64,000 nucleotides of DNA from an uncultured Pseudomonadota bacterium (GTDB lineage Bacteria; Myxococcota_A; Polyangia; Fen-1088): contig CAWKBC010000047.1 of the NCBI GenBank assembly GCA_963847705.1, positions 1-64,000 of the forward strand, written 5' to 3'. Positions 24,201 to 33,458 of the stretch are shown here, one piece after another (position 1 is the first letter of the stretch; every line of letters begins with the position of its first letter). The translations under genes and the position numbers were made by a program. The notes under the pieces were generated by a model. The model saw nothing but the letters and a program-made list of their open reading frames with translations, did not search any database and was not told the DNA's origin.

Positions 24201-25175
24201 ATGCGCAGAACTTTTGTATTCGTCGCTTTCTTGTTCGCTTCCTTGCTGAGCTTGGCCGGCGTCGCGGGCGTCGCACATGCGGAGGTCGTTCAGTACATGT
24301 CCCGACATCCGATCCCCAAACGGATCGGGCACGGATTCTGTGACATCGACGTCCCGCACTTCCATGACTACCCCCCCTCAGACCCGCGGCTCTATCGACA
24401 GGTTAACGGGCAGTACTACTTCGTTGGCGACCCGACGCCGTTCGGCTACGACGGGCCGCGCTACTCTTTTTACGGACCGCACCCCATTGCCGACGCGAGC
24501 GTGCAGCTGGGCGGTCCGAGCTACTGCTACCTGGAGGGGCCGCACTCGCACTGGTACGCCCCGCCGCCGGAGGCGCACTTCGAGATGAAGGGCGGCGCCT
24601 ACTGGTACACCGGGGCGTTCGAGCCTGCCTTCTACGCGGACCAACCTCGCTTCGTCGTGGTCAACGACGTCTACGCACCGCTGGTCTACGACCGGCCGGT
24701 GATCGACGTGGCGATCGCGCCGCCGGCCTTCCACGCCGAGTTCCTGGTCGGAGGCGGGCCGGGGTGGCGCTACGCACCGGGCTGGCGTGAGAATCCCGGG
24801 TGGCGCGGGCCGGGACCGGGCCCCGGATGGCGCGGGCCGGGACCAGGGCCGGGTTGGCGTGGCCCCGAGCGGCGCGAGATGGTCATGCGCGAGCGCCACG
24901 AGGAGTTCCGGCGCGAGGAGCAACATCGCGAGTGGGAACACGGTCACGACCGCGGCTGGCACGGAGGCCCTCCGGGACATGAGCCGGGCGGCCCGCATGG
25001 TGGTTGGCGCGGAGGCCCGCCGGGGCGCGAGCCGGGAGGGCCCCACGGCGGCTGGCACCCAGGCCCGGGCCCGGCGGCGCACGCGGGCCCGCCGGCCAAC
25101 GGCGGCGGCTGGCACGGCGGCGGCGGTGGCCCGCATCCCGGCGGCGGCGGTCACGGAAACCAGTTTCACCGGTAG
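24201..25175 (+). CDS. Secreted hypothetical protein with His/Cys motifs and a Gly/Pro/Trp low-complexity tail
   Basis: GGAG RBS, signal peptide, two C-x4-PHxH motifs, GPGWR/HGGW repeats. Confidence 0.7.
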   Translation: MRRTFVFVAFLFASLLSLAGVAGVAHAEVVQYMSRHPIPKRIGHGFCDIDVPHFHDYPPSDPRLYRQVNGQYYFVGDPTPFGYDGPRYSFYGPHPIADASVQLGGPSYCYLEGPHSHWYAPPPEAHFEMKGGAYWYTGAFEPAFYADQPRFVVVNDVYAPLVYDRPVIDVAIAPPAFHAEFLVGGGPGWRYAPGWRENPGWRGPGPGPGWRGPGPGPGWRGPERREMVMRERHEEFRREEQHREWEHGHDRGWHGGPPGHEPGGPHGGWRGGPPGREPGGPHGGWHPGPGPAAHAGPPANGGGWHGGGGGPHPGGGGHGNQFHR

Positions 25176-25194
25176 GACAGACGAGGGGATCCAC

Positions 25195-25668
25195 ATGAGA
25201 CGCACATCGTTCAATCTCGCCGGCGGTCTCGTGGCCGGCGCTCTGCTGCTGGGCGCCGGTTGCCACAAGGACGCCGCGTCGACCGCTGCCGCCGGAGCCG
25301 CGGCGCCGGCCGCGCCGCTTGCGCTGCACGTCGACGGGACGCCGCACACCGACGCCGTCGAAGGCGCCTGGCGGAGCGCGGGGCTGGCCCCCGAAGGTTT
25401 TGCGGCGCTGCAGCCGGTCCCCTACGGGGCGGCGTACTGCGAGCAGGGGCGGGTGCAGAGCATCGACACGCTGGTCTGTGAGTACCGCGATCAGGACGCG
25501 CTGGCCAAGGGACAGGCGGGCTTGATGGATCAGTGGGGGCGCGAAGGGGGACACACGGGCGTCGCCTACCATTCGAAGCTGACGATGATCGCGGTCGTCG
25601 ATCGCGCGCGCCACGATCCGAACGGCAAGATCATCCATCAGGTGATCGACGCCTTCCGCAAGCTCTAG
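25195..25668 (+). CDS. Hypothetical lipoprotein
   Basis: MRRTSFNLAGGLVAGALLLGAGC lipobox; GAGG RBS. Confidence 0.7.
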   Translation: MRRTSFNLAGGLVAGALLLGAGCHKDAASTAAAGAAAPAAPLALHVDGTPHTDAVEGAWRSAGLAPEGFAALQPVPYGAAYCEQGRVQSIDTLVCEYRDQDALAKGQAGLMDQWGREGGHTGVAYHSKLTMIAVVDRARHDPNGKIIHQVIDAFRKL

Positions 25669-25678
25669 CCGGCGGGCG

Positions 25679-26221
25679 ATGCCAAAATCGCCGCCGCCGC
25701 GCGACGACGACGACGCGCGGGCCTTCGAGGAGGCGATGCGGGGCGCCCGGCGCATCGACGGCGGCGCGCGCCGGGTGACCGGGACGCCCGGCGCGGGTCC
25801 GGCGTCCCCCAGGTCACGGGCGGTGCCGGGGCCGCGCGCCGGCCACCCGCCGTTCGAGGTCGAGCGGGTGGGCGACGCGGTCGCGGGCCGGGCGGCCGAC
25901 GTGAGCGCGGAGGTGCTCCGCGCGCTGCGACGGGGCGACCACCGTCCCGAGGTGCGCCTCGATCTCCACGGGCAGACGCGCGAGGAGGCGCTGCGCGCCG
26001 TCGAGCGGTTCGTGCTGCGGTCACGCGCCGACGGGCGTCGCGCCGTGCTGGTCATCCACGGTCGCGGCCAGAACTCCGAGGCCGGCGAGCCAGTGCTGCG
26101 CCCGGCGCTGCACGGGTGGCTGGCCAGCGCAGCCGCGGTGCGGGCCGGCGTCATGGCCTTCGCGCCCGCACCCCCCCGTGCCGGCGGAACCGGCGCCACG
26201 ATCGTTCTCCTCCGCCGCTAG
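25679..26221 (+). CDS. Smr/MutS2 C-terminal domain protein
   Basis: LDLHGQT, VIHGRG, GGTGATIVLL. Confidence 0.92.
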   Translation: MPKSPPPRDDDDARAFEEAMRGARRIDGGARRVTGTPGAGPASPRSRAVPGPRAGHPPFEVERVGDAVAGRAADVSAEVLRALRRGDHRPEVRLDLHGQTREEALRAVERFVLRSRADGRRAVLVIHGRGQNSEAGEPVLRPALHGWLASAAAVRAGVMAFAPAPPRAGGTGATIVLLRR

Positions 26222-26243
26222 GCGTCGCCGAAGCTGACGGTGA

Positions 26244-27479
<1,236 letters not shown>

Positions 27480-27623
27480 CGTCGCGAGGCCGCGCGGTCG
27501 GTCAGGCTCCCGCGAGCCTGGCCGGACCGCGTTTTCGCCTGGAACGAGGTTGTGACGATGCGCGCGCGTGCCTTGCGCTAGCCTTCGCACCGCAGCAACC
27601 AAACTTCACGGGGAGAAACGACG

Positions 27624-28409
27624 ATGCCAGAGATCACCAAGGCCGCGGCGGGGACATTCTGTTGGATCGAGCTCGGGACCACCGACCCGGCCGCTGCGAA
27701 GAAGTTTTACGGCGGGCTGTTCGGCTGGACCATCACCGACGTGCCGATGGGCGGGATGACCTATGGTCTGGCCGCGCTCGGTGACAAGCAGATCGGTGGC
27801 ATCACCCTCCTCAGCGAGGAAGCCAAGAAGATGGGGGCGCCACCCAACTGGCTCTCCTACGTGGCGGTGGACGACGCGGCCGCGAGCGCCAAGAAGATCG
27901 CCTCGCTGGGGGGCAACGTGCTGCTCGGCCCGCTCGACATCGGGCAGGGCCACATGGTCGTGGCCGCCGATCCGACGGGCGCGGTGTTCGCCACCTGGCA
28001 GAGCGTGCAGTCGATGGGGACCTGGCTGATGGGCGAGCCAGGCTCGCTCGGCTGGAACGAGCTCATCAGCACCAACGAAGACAAGGCCGTCTCGTTTTAC
28101 AAAGGACTCTTCGGCTGGAGCGCCGACCCGACCGAGATGCCCGGGATGACGTACACGATCTTCAAGCAGGGGGAGACGATGATCGCCGGGTCGATGGCGC
28201 AACCGAAGCAGATGGCGGGCGCGCCGTCGCTGTGGGGCGTCTACTTCTCCGTCGCGGACGCCGACAAGGCGGCCGAGAAGGTGACCGCCCTCGGCGGGAA
28301 GGTCCTGAACCCGCCCATGGACATTCCGAACATCGGTCGCTTCGCGGTCGTCGCCGATCCGCAGGGCGCCACGTTCTCCGTCATCAAGTTCCTGCCGCCG
28401 CAAAAGTAG
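27624..28409 (+). CDS. VOC (glyoxalase/bleomycin-resistance) family protein, two domains
   Basis: FCWIEL...FYGGLFGW and LGWNEL...FYKGLFGW; DPTGA/DPQGA. Confidence 0.9.
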   Translation: MPEITKAAAGTFCWIELGTTDPAAAKKFYGGLFGWTITDVPMGGMTYGLAALGDKQIGGITLLSEEAKKMGAPPNWLSYVAVDDAAASAKKIASLGGNVLLGPLDIGQGHMVVAADPTGAVFATWQSVQSMGTWLMGEPGSLGWNELISTNEDKAVSFYKGLFGWSADPTEMPGMTYTIFKQGETMIAGSMAQPKQMAGAPSLWGVYFSVADADKAAEKVTALGGKVLNPPMDIPNIGRFAVVADPQGATFSVIKFLPPQK

Positions 28410-28419
28410 GCGCGCGCGG

Positions 28420-29772
28420 TCAGGCCAGCTTTCGCCCCTTGGTCTCGATGACCAGGGGCGAGAGCGCCAGCACGACGCCGAGGAGCGGAACGACGCCCAC
28501 CCAGAACAGCGCCCCCAGCGCCGTCTGCAGCGAGTTCGCGCCCCGCGCCGCGACGGTGCCCACCAGGAACGGGCCGGCGGCCGCGATGAAGCGGCCGACG
28601 TTGTAGCAGAAGCCGGCCCCGGTGCCGCGCAGCCGCGTGGGGAAGAGCTCGGGCAGGTAGTAGGTGAAGCTGCCGAAGACGCCGAACACCGTGAGGCCGA
28701 TGAAGAAGTACATGTAGAGGCGCTGCTGCGGCGGCAGATCGAGACCGAACGCGGCCAGAATCGCCGCGCCCGACAGGAGGTAGTAGAGCGCGAACATCTT
28801 GCGGCGCCCCATCACCTTGGCCGCCGGGATGGTCAGCAGCGTGCCGATGAGGCCGCCCAGGTTGAAGACGTTGGTGCCGAGCGCCTTCCAGTGCTCGACC
28901 AGGCCAAGCGTGGCGGCGCGATCGAAGGCGTTGGCCTTGGCGGTCGCCTGCGCCAGGCCCGACGAGACGATGGGGATGAAGGCGTTGACGCTCCACCAGG
29001 CGATGAGCGCGATCACCGCCATCGAGAACCCCGAGATCGTGAGCGCGCGGTTCTCCGCCGTGAACAGCTCGGCGAAGCGAGGGCGCGGGGCCCCTGCGGC
29101 GGCGGCTTCGCGCCAGCGCTCCGGCTCGCGCACGAACATGCGCACCACGAAGGCCACGGCGGCCGGGATGAGGCCGCACAGGAAGACGATGCGCCAGGAG
29201 GTCTCGGGCGAGCCCTTGAAGAAGACGCCCGCGATCTGAAAATTGGCGAAGGTGGCGAGAAACAGCCCGAAGGGGGCCGAGGTGTAGAGCAGCGCGCCGG
29301 CCTCGACGCGGCGGTGCTCCGGCACCACCTCCGCGACCATCGCGGCGCCGGCGGCCCACTCCCCGCCGATCCCCAGGCTGGCCACGATGCGAAACGCGAC
29401 CAGCGCCCAGATGTTGGGCGCGGCGGCGCAGGCGGCCGTGCCGAGGGCATAGAGCAGCATCGTCAGCATCAGCGTGCGGGCGCGGCCGATGCGGTCGGCG
29501 ATCTGCCCGAAGAGGATCCCGCCCGTCGCCCACCCGATGAGCAGCAAGGAGGTGAGGATCCCGCCCCACTTGAGCGTCGCCGCGCGCGCCAGGGGCGAGC
29601 CGATGGTCAGGCCCAGCAGCGTCGGAACGCAGTTGGGGGCCACGTAGTTGAAGAGCAACCCGTCGAAGCAGTCGAACCCCCACCCCAGCCAGGCGGCGAA
29701 CAGCACCGTCCACTGGTAACCGTTCATGTCGAGCAGCGTTCGCTGCGCTGCGGGCGTGGTCGTCTGGTTCAC
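28420..29772 (-). CDS. MFS transporter
   Basis: GQIADRIGR motif A, GIGGEW, PELFPTRLRGTG; about 12 TM helices. Confidence 0.92.
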   Translation of the reverse strand: MNQTTTPAAQRTLLDMNGYQWTVLFAAWLGWGFDCFDGLLFNYVAPNCVPTLLGLTIGSPLARAATLKWGGILTSLLLIGWATGGILFGQIADRIGRARTLMLTMLLYALGTAACAAAPNIWALVAFRIVASLGIGGEWAAGAAMVAEVVPEHRRVEAGALLYTSAPFGLFLATFANFQIAGVFFKGSPETSWRIVFLCGLIPAAVAFVVRMFVREPERWREAAAAGAPRPRFAELFTAENRALTISGFSMAVIALIAWWSVNAFIPIVSSGLAQATAKANAFDRAATLGLVEHWKALGTNVFNLGGLIGTLLTIPAAKVMGRRKMFALYYLLSGAAILAAFGLDLPPQQRLYMYFFIGLTVFGVFGSFTYYLPELFPTRLRGTGAGFCYNVGRFIAAAGPFLVGTVAARGANSLQTALGALFWVGVVPLLGVVLALSPLVIETKGRKLA

Positions 29773-31178
29773 TGTTTCGTCCCGGCGTTGGTGTCTGGCA
29801 GCGCGGGTGCGCCGCAGAAGTTGACCTTCCTGATCATCGGCGGCGGGTTGGCCCGCTCGCGGACCGAAGCCGCCCGCCGCGCATTGTAGGTGCGCCCCAG
29901 ATGGTCGGCGCCGTGCTCGAGATCGGCGACCAGCTTCTTCCAGGCCGCGGTCGCCGCCGCGTCGGTCGTCGGCGGTTCGGGGACGAGCGCGATGAGGTCG
30001 ACCAGGTCCTCGATCGACGCGGTCTCCGTCTTCGGGAGCGGCTTCGTCGGATCGGGCGCCACCTGGTTGAACGCCGGAACCAGCACGCGATCACGAAACT
30101 GGGCCACGGTGTCCGGATCGATCTGGCACCACAAGAATCGTGTGTGCAGGTGCGCGAACGCCGCGGCGACCTCGGCACGGGGCTGCGTCAGCAGGCGGCG
30201 AAATGGCTCGTCGTAGTCCCCCTGTGCCTGCAGGTACCCGCTCAACATCGTGTTGACCAGCTTGCCGCGGCAGTCCCCTCCGCAACTGCTGCTGAGCAGA
30301 TACGTGGTCAGCCACTTCCGGTGGTCGGCGTGGAACTTCTCGATCTGCCCGGCCTCGGCGCTGCTCACCATCTCGCCGGTGCGGGCGGTCGCCAGCGCCA
30401 GCGCGGCCACCAGATGGGCGCCGGTCGAGAAGTCCTCGAACCGCTGGATCTCCTGCCAGACGCGACGTTCGTAGAGGTCTTGAAGATAGGGCTCGAACAG
30501 CCAGGCGAGCTTGCCGGGAGAGGCCTGCACCTCGCGCTCCTCGTGCAACAGCGCGATCGGACCGCTGCCGGCCGCGCCGTGGACCGCGGCGGTGGCATCC
30601 ATCTCGTCCGAGACGACCTGGGCGATGGCGTCGGAGCGCTGGGCCAGCGCGTCGTCCTTGCAGAGGTCGGTCGCCTTCTGAACGCCGAACCGCTGGGTGC
30701 AGGTCAGCTTGAAGCCCTGCGCAAGCTGCTCGTAGTTCTTCTGCCCGGTCGCCTCCAGGACCGTCCGCATGTAGGTCGCGTTGTCCTTGCCGAGCTCCAT
30801 CGCGTAGGAGACGGCCAGCTCGGGATCGATGATCGCCCCACGGGTGAGCGAGAGCAGCACGCCGAACCGCTGATCGGCGCTGCCAGGGCCCTGCGCCGAC
30901 AGGACGTTCAGGTTCTTGGAGAGGATCTCGGCGCGCGCGATCCGCCAGTCGTTCTCGGCCTTGGTCTGGGCGATCGCCTGCTCCGATCGCGCCTGCTGGG
31001 AGGCGATCTGGGACTGTCGGTACTGCCAGATCGAGGTGGCGACCAGACCCGCCACGCCGATGACGAAGCTGGAGAGGAAACTGTGGTACGTCTGGATGAA
31101 CTTCCCGAGCTTCGACAGTTTTCCGGTCGGCTGGGGCCCGTCCGACGACGCGCCGCCCTCTTCGTCTTCAGCGCTCAC
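29769..31178 (-). CDS. Hypothetical membrane-anchored protein
   Basis: 469-aa ORF with one N-terminal TM helix and a Gln-rich coiled segment; stop overlaps MFS start. Confidence 0.65.
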   Translation of the reverse strand: MSAEDEEGGASSDGPQPTGKLSKLGKFIQTYHSFLSSFVIGVAGLVATSIWQYRQSQIASQQARSEQAIAQTKAENDWRIARAEILSKNLNVLSAQGPGSADQRFGVLLSLTRGAIIDPELAVSYAMELGKDNATYMRTVLEATGQKNYEQLAQGFKLTCTQRFGVQKATDLCKDDALAQRSDAIAQVVSDEMDATAAVHGAAGSGPIALLHEEREVQASPGKLAWLFEPYLQDLYERRVWQEIQRFEDFSTGAHLVAALALATARTGEMVSSAEAGQIEKFHADHRKWLTTYLLSSSCGGDCRGKLVNTMLSGYLQAQGDYDEPFRRLLTQPRAEVAAAFAHLHTRFLWCQIDPDTVAQFRDRVLVPAFNQVAPDPTKPLPKTETASIEDLVDLIALVPEPPTTDAAATAAWKKLVADLEHGADHLGRTYNARRAASVRERANPPPMIRKVNFCGAPALPDTNAGTKQ

Positions 31179-31213
31179 CGGCGGAATATATTGTAGTTTC
31201 GCGCGCAGGGAAC

Positions 31214-32242
31214 ATGCATTGGCTCGAACTGCCCGCGGTGAAGTGGGCCACCCCCATCCCGCTGCTGGCGATCCTCGCGCCGGTGGTCTGGTGGTTCTTT
31301 CGTGGCACCTGGCGCGAGCTCGACGCCGAGGCTCTGGCGCTGCGGCACGATCTGGCGGCGCGCAAGGAGATCGACTACCGGCCGATGGTGGCGCTGACGA
31401 TGGTGGCGCTGATCCTGGTCATGCAGGAGTACTACGGACGGGGCGACTTCTTCGAGCAGGCGGTTCGCCCCTGGATCGCCAGCCGGGCGCGCGCGCACCC
31501 GGAAGGCGTCTTCAATCCGGCCGTCTACGACGAGCTCTACCTGCGCCTGTGGTGGGGGCTCACGCGAATCGGCGGCTACCTGGTTCCGCTCGTCTTCTGG
31601 CGGTTCTTCTTCCCGCGCGACCACCTCGCCGACTTCGGTCTGCGGGGTCGCGGCTTTCTGTCGCACGCCTGGATCTACGCCATGTGCGTGGCGGTCATGG
31701 TGCCGGTGCTCAACCTGGTGAGCTACCAGCCCGACTTCGCCAACTACTACCCGATGTACAAGCTGGCCGGACGTTCGTGGCTCGACTTCGCCATCTGGGA
31801 GCTGCTCTACGTCGGCCAGTTCTTCGCGCTGGAGATCTTTTTCCGCGGCTTCTGGCTGCGCGCGATGCGCACGTTCGGCGCCGGCGCGATCTGGTCGATG
31901 GTGGTCCCCTACTGCATGATCCACTTCGGCAAGCCGTACCTCGAGGCCTGCGGCGCGATGGTGGCCGGTGTCGTCCTCGGCTCGCTGGCGATGCGCACGC
32001 GGAGCATCTACGCCGGCTTCCTGGTGCACGGCACGGTGGCGATCTTGATGGACGTGCTGGCGCTCTATCGGCGCCACGGCCTGCCGACGGCGCTGACCCC
32101 GAACGGGTCGCGCCACCTGAAGTTCCTCTACTGGTCGAGCCTGCTCTGGATCGCCTGGATCCTGACGGTCGCGGTGCTCGCGCTCAAAGTGTGGCGCGCA
32201 ACCCGAGGCCGGCGCGATTCCGCGTCAGCCCCGGGCTCGTGA
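31214..32242 (+). CDS. CPBP/Abi-family intramembrane glutamic endopeptidase
   Basis: LEIFFRGF, YCMIHFGKP, FLVHG motifs; multi-TM. Confidence 0.88.
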   Translation: MHWLELPAVKWATPIPLLAILAPVVWWFFRGTWRELDAEALALRHDLAARKEIDYRPMVALTMVALILVMQEYYGRGDFFEQAVRPWIASRARAHPEGVFNPAVYDELYLRLWWGLTRIGGYLVPLVFWRFFFPRDHLADFGLRGRGFLSHAWIYAMCVAVMVPVLNLVSYQPDFANYYPMYKLAGRSWLDFAIWELLYVGQFFALEIFFRGFWLRAMRTFGAGAIWSMVVPYCMIHFGKPYLEACGAMVAGVVLGSLAMRTRSIYAGFLVHGTVAILMDVLALYRRHGLPTALTPNGSRHLKFLYWSSLLWIAWILTVAVLALKVWRATRGRRDSASAPGS

Positions 32243-32301
32243 GCTTCTTCTGATGGACCCTGCCGGGCGAGCCCGGCTTTGGTCCAGATTGTTCGAGAGC
32301 G

Positions 32302-32553
32302 TTACTTGCCCTCGGGCGCCGGGGCCTTCATCTCCTTGCCGCTGTCGCCCTTGGCCGCGTCGGTCTTGGTCGACTTTTTGGTGCTCTTCTTGGTCGACTT
32401 CTTGGCGGGCTTGTCGGCGGCCGGCGTCGCGCTGCCTTCCTGTGCGACGACGTGCGACTTGGCGACCTGGTGTTTGGCGGGCGCCGCGAAAGCAGAGCCG
32501 GCGGTGAGCGCGAGCATCGAAATTCCGAACAGCGTGGTGCGAATCATTTTCAT
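32302..32553 (-). CDS. Small secreted Lys-rich low-complexity protein
   Basis: MKMIRTTLFGISMLALTAGSAFA signal peptide; KKST x3; GGAG RBS. Confidence 0.7.
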   Translation of the reverse strand: MKMIRTTLFGISMLALTAGSAFAAPAKHQVAKSHVVAQEGSATPAADKPAKKSTKKSTKKSTKTDAAKGDSGKEMKAPAPEGK

Positions 32554-32597
32554 TCTCCGGGTTGGGGCGGTCTTGATTGACCGACGGAGATTGAGAT

Positions 32598-32614
32598 TGC
32601 AGCCGCGATGCCAA
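32598..32614 (-). promoter_or_regulatory. Putative sigma54 (-24/-12) promoter
   Basis: Minus strand TTGGCATCGCGGCTGCA has GG-N10-GC spacing, 45 bp upstream of the 32553 start. Confidence 0.6.
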
Positions 32615-32924
32615 GACGATCTTCGTCGCAACTCCGCCCCCTCCATGCCCCTTCGCGCTCCTCGGACCTCATCGTGGGGCGATCGCGCTGTGGCGGGGCC
32701 GCCATTGCGCCGCTCGGCGGTTTATTCCCGGATCCGCGGCTTCGCTGCTGCCGGGGGGCTCGCCGGGGTTCGCCGCTTCGCGGCTCGCCGCCTGCGCGTT
32801 GAACGTCGGCGATGTAGGTGCCCTGCCCATCCCCGACGTAGCCCTCCGTTCACGTGCGTGCGTCCGTCTGCGTTACGCGCGCATCGCCGCCCGCCGCCTG
32901 GTCTGCCGTTCTTTCCGCGCGTGG

Positions 32925-33039
32925 GCTTTTTCGGCGGCGCGGGATGCCCTTCAATACGCGAGACGCATCCCGCGCCGCCGAAAAAGCTTCGTGCGGAAGG
33001 TCGCGATAACTCGAGCGGCGGCGTTCTCCCGCACGAAGC
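32925..33039. repeat. Dispersed double-hairpin element, copy 1
   Basis: 23-bp perfect inverted repeat (32925-32947/32965-32987) plus 10-bp inverted repeat (32986-32995/33030-33039); 32919-32995 identical to 47954-48030. Confidence 0.95.
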
Positions 33040-33052
33040 AAGGTTCAGGTTC

Positions 33053-33328
33053 GATGGAGAGCGAGTCAGTCGCGAGATGGAGAGGGAGTCAGTCGCGAGA
33101 TGGAGAGCGTGCCCTGTCGCGAGTCGAGAGGGAATCAGTCGCGAGATGGAGAGCGTGCCCTGTCGCGAGTCGAGAGGGAGTCAGTCGCGAGATGGAGTGT
33201 GTGCCCTGTTGCGAGTCGAGAGGGAGTCAGTCGCGAGATGGAGAGCGTGCCCTGTTGCGAGTCGAGAGGGAATCAGTCGCGAGATGGAGAGCGAGTCAGT
33301 CGCGAGGTCGAGCGCGAGTCTGTCGCGA
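33053..33328. repeat. Tandem array of 12 monomers (22-24 bp) with a 46-bp higher-order dimer
   Basis: GATGGAGAGCGTGCCCTGTYGCGA + GTCGAGAGGGARTCAGTCGCGA x4 (33099-33282), flanked by 23-bp monomers. Confidence 0.95.
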
Positions 33329-33458
33329 GGTCCAGTGCTCGCGGGCGACACAGGCCCCGGGTGCAAGCGGGTCTAACTGCGAACGGTGTAACTGCGAACC
33401 TCTCCGGCCGCGAACGGAGCCGGCACGCGTGGCCTGGAGCGGAAGGGGGAAAGGGCGG

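Noticed and set aside
32925-32987. Simple bidirectional rho-independent terminator
   Set aside because: The T5/A5 runs are part of the stem in the wrong orientation (T before, A after), copy 1 is far from any stop codon, and the second hairpin and arrays are unexplained.
33053-33328. Possible CRISPR array
   Set aside because: Intervening sequences are repeated rather than unique, and no cas genes are in the window.
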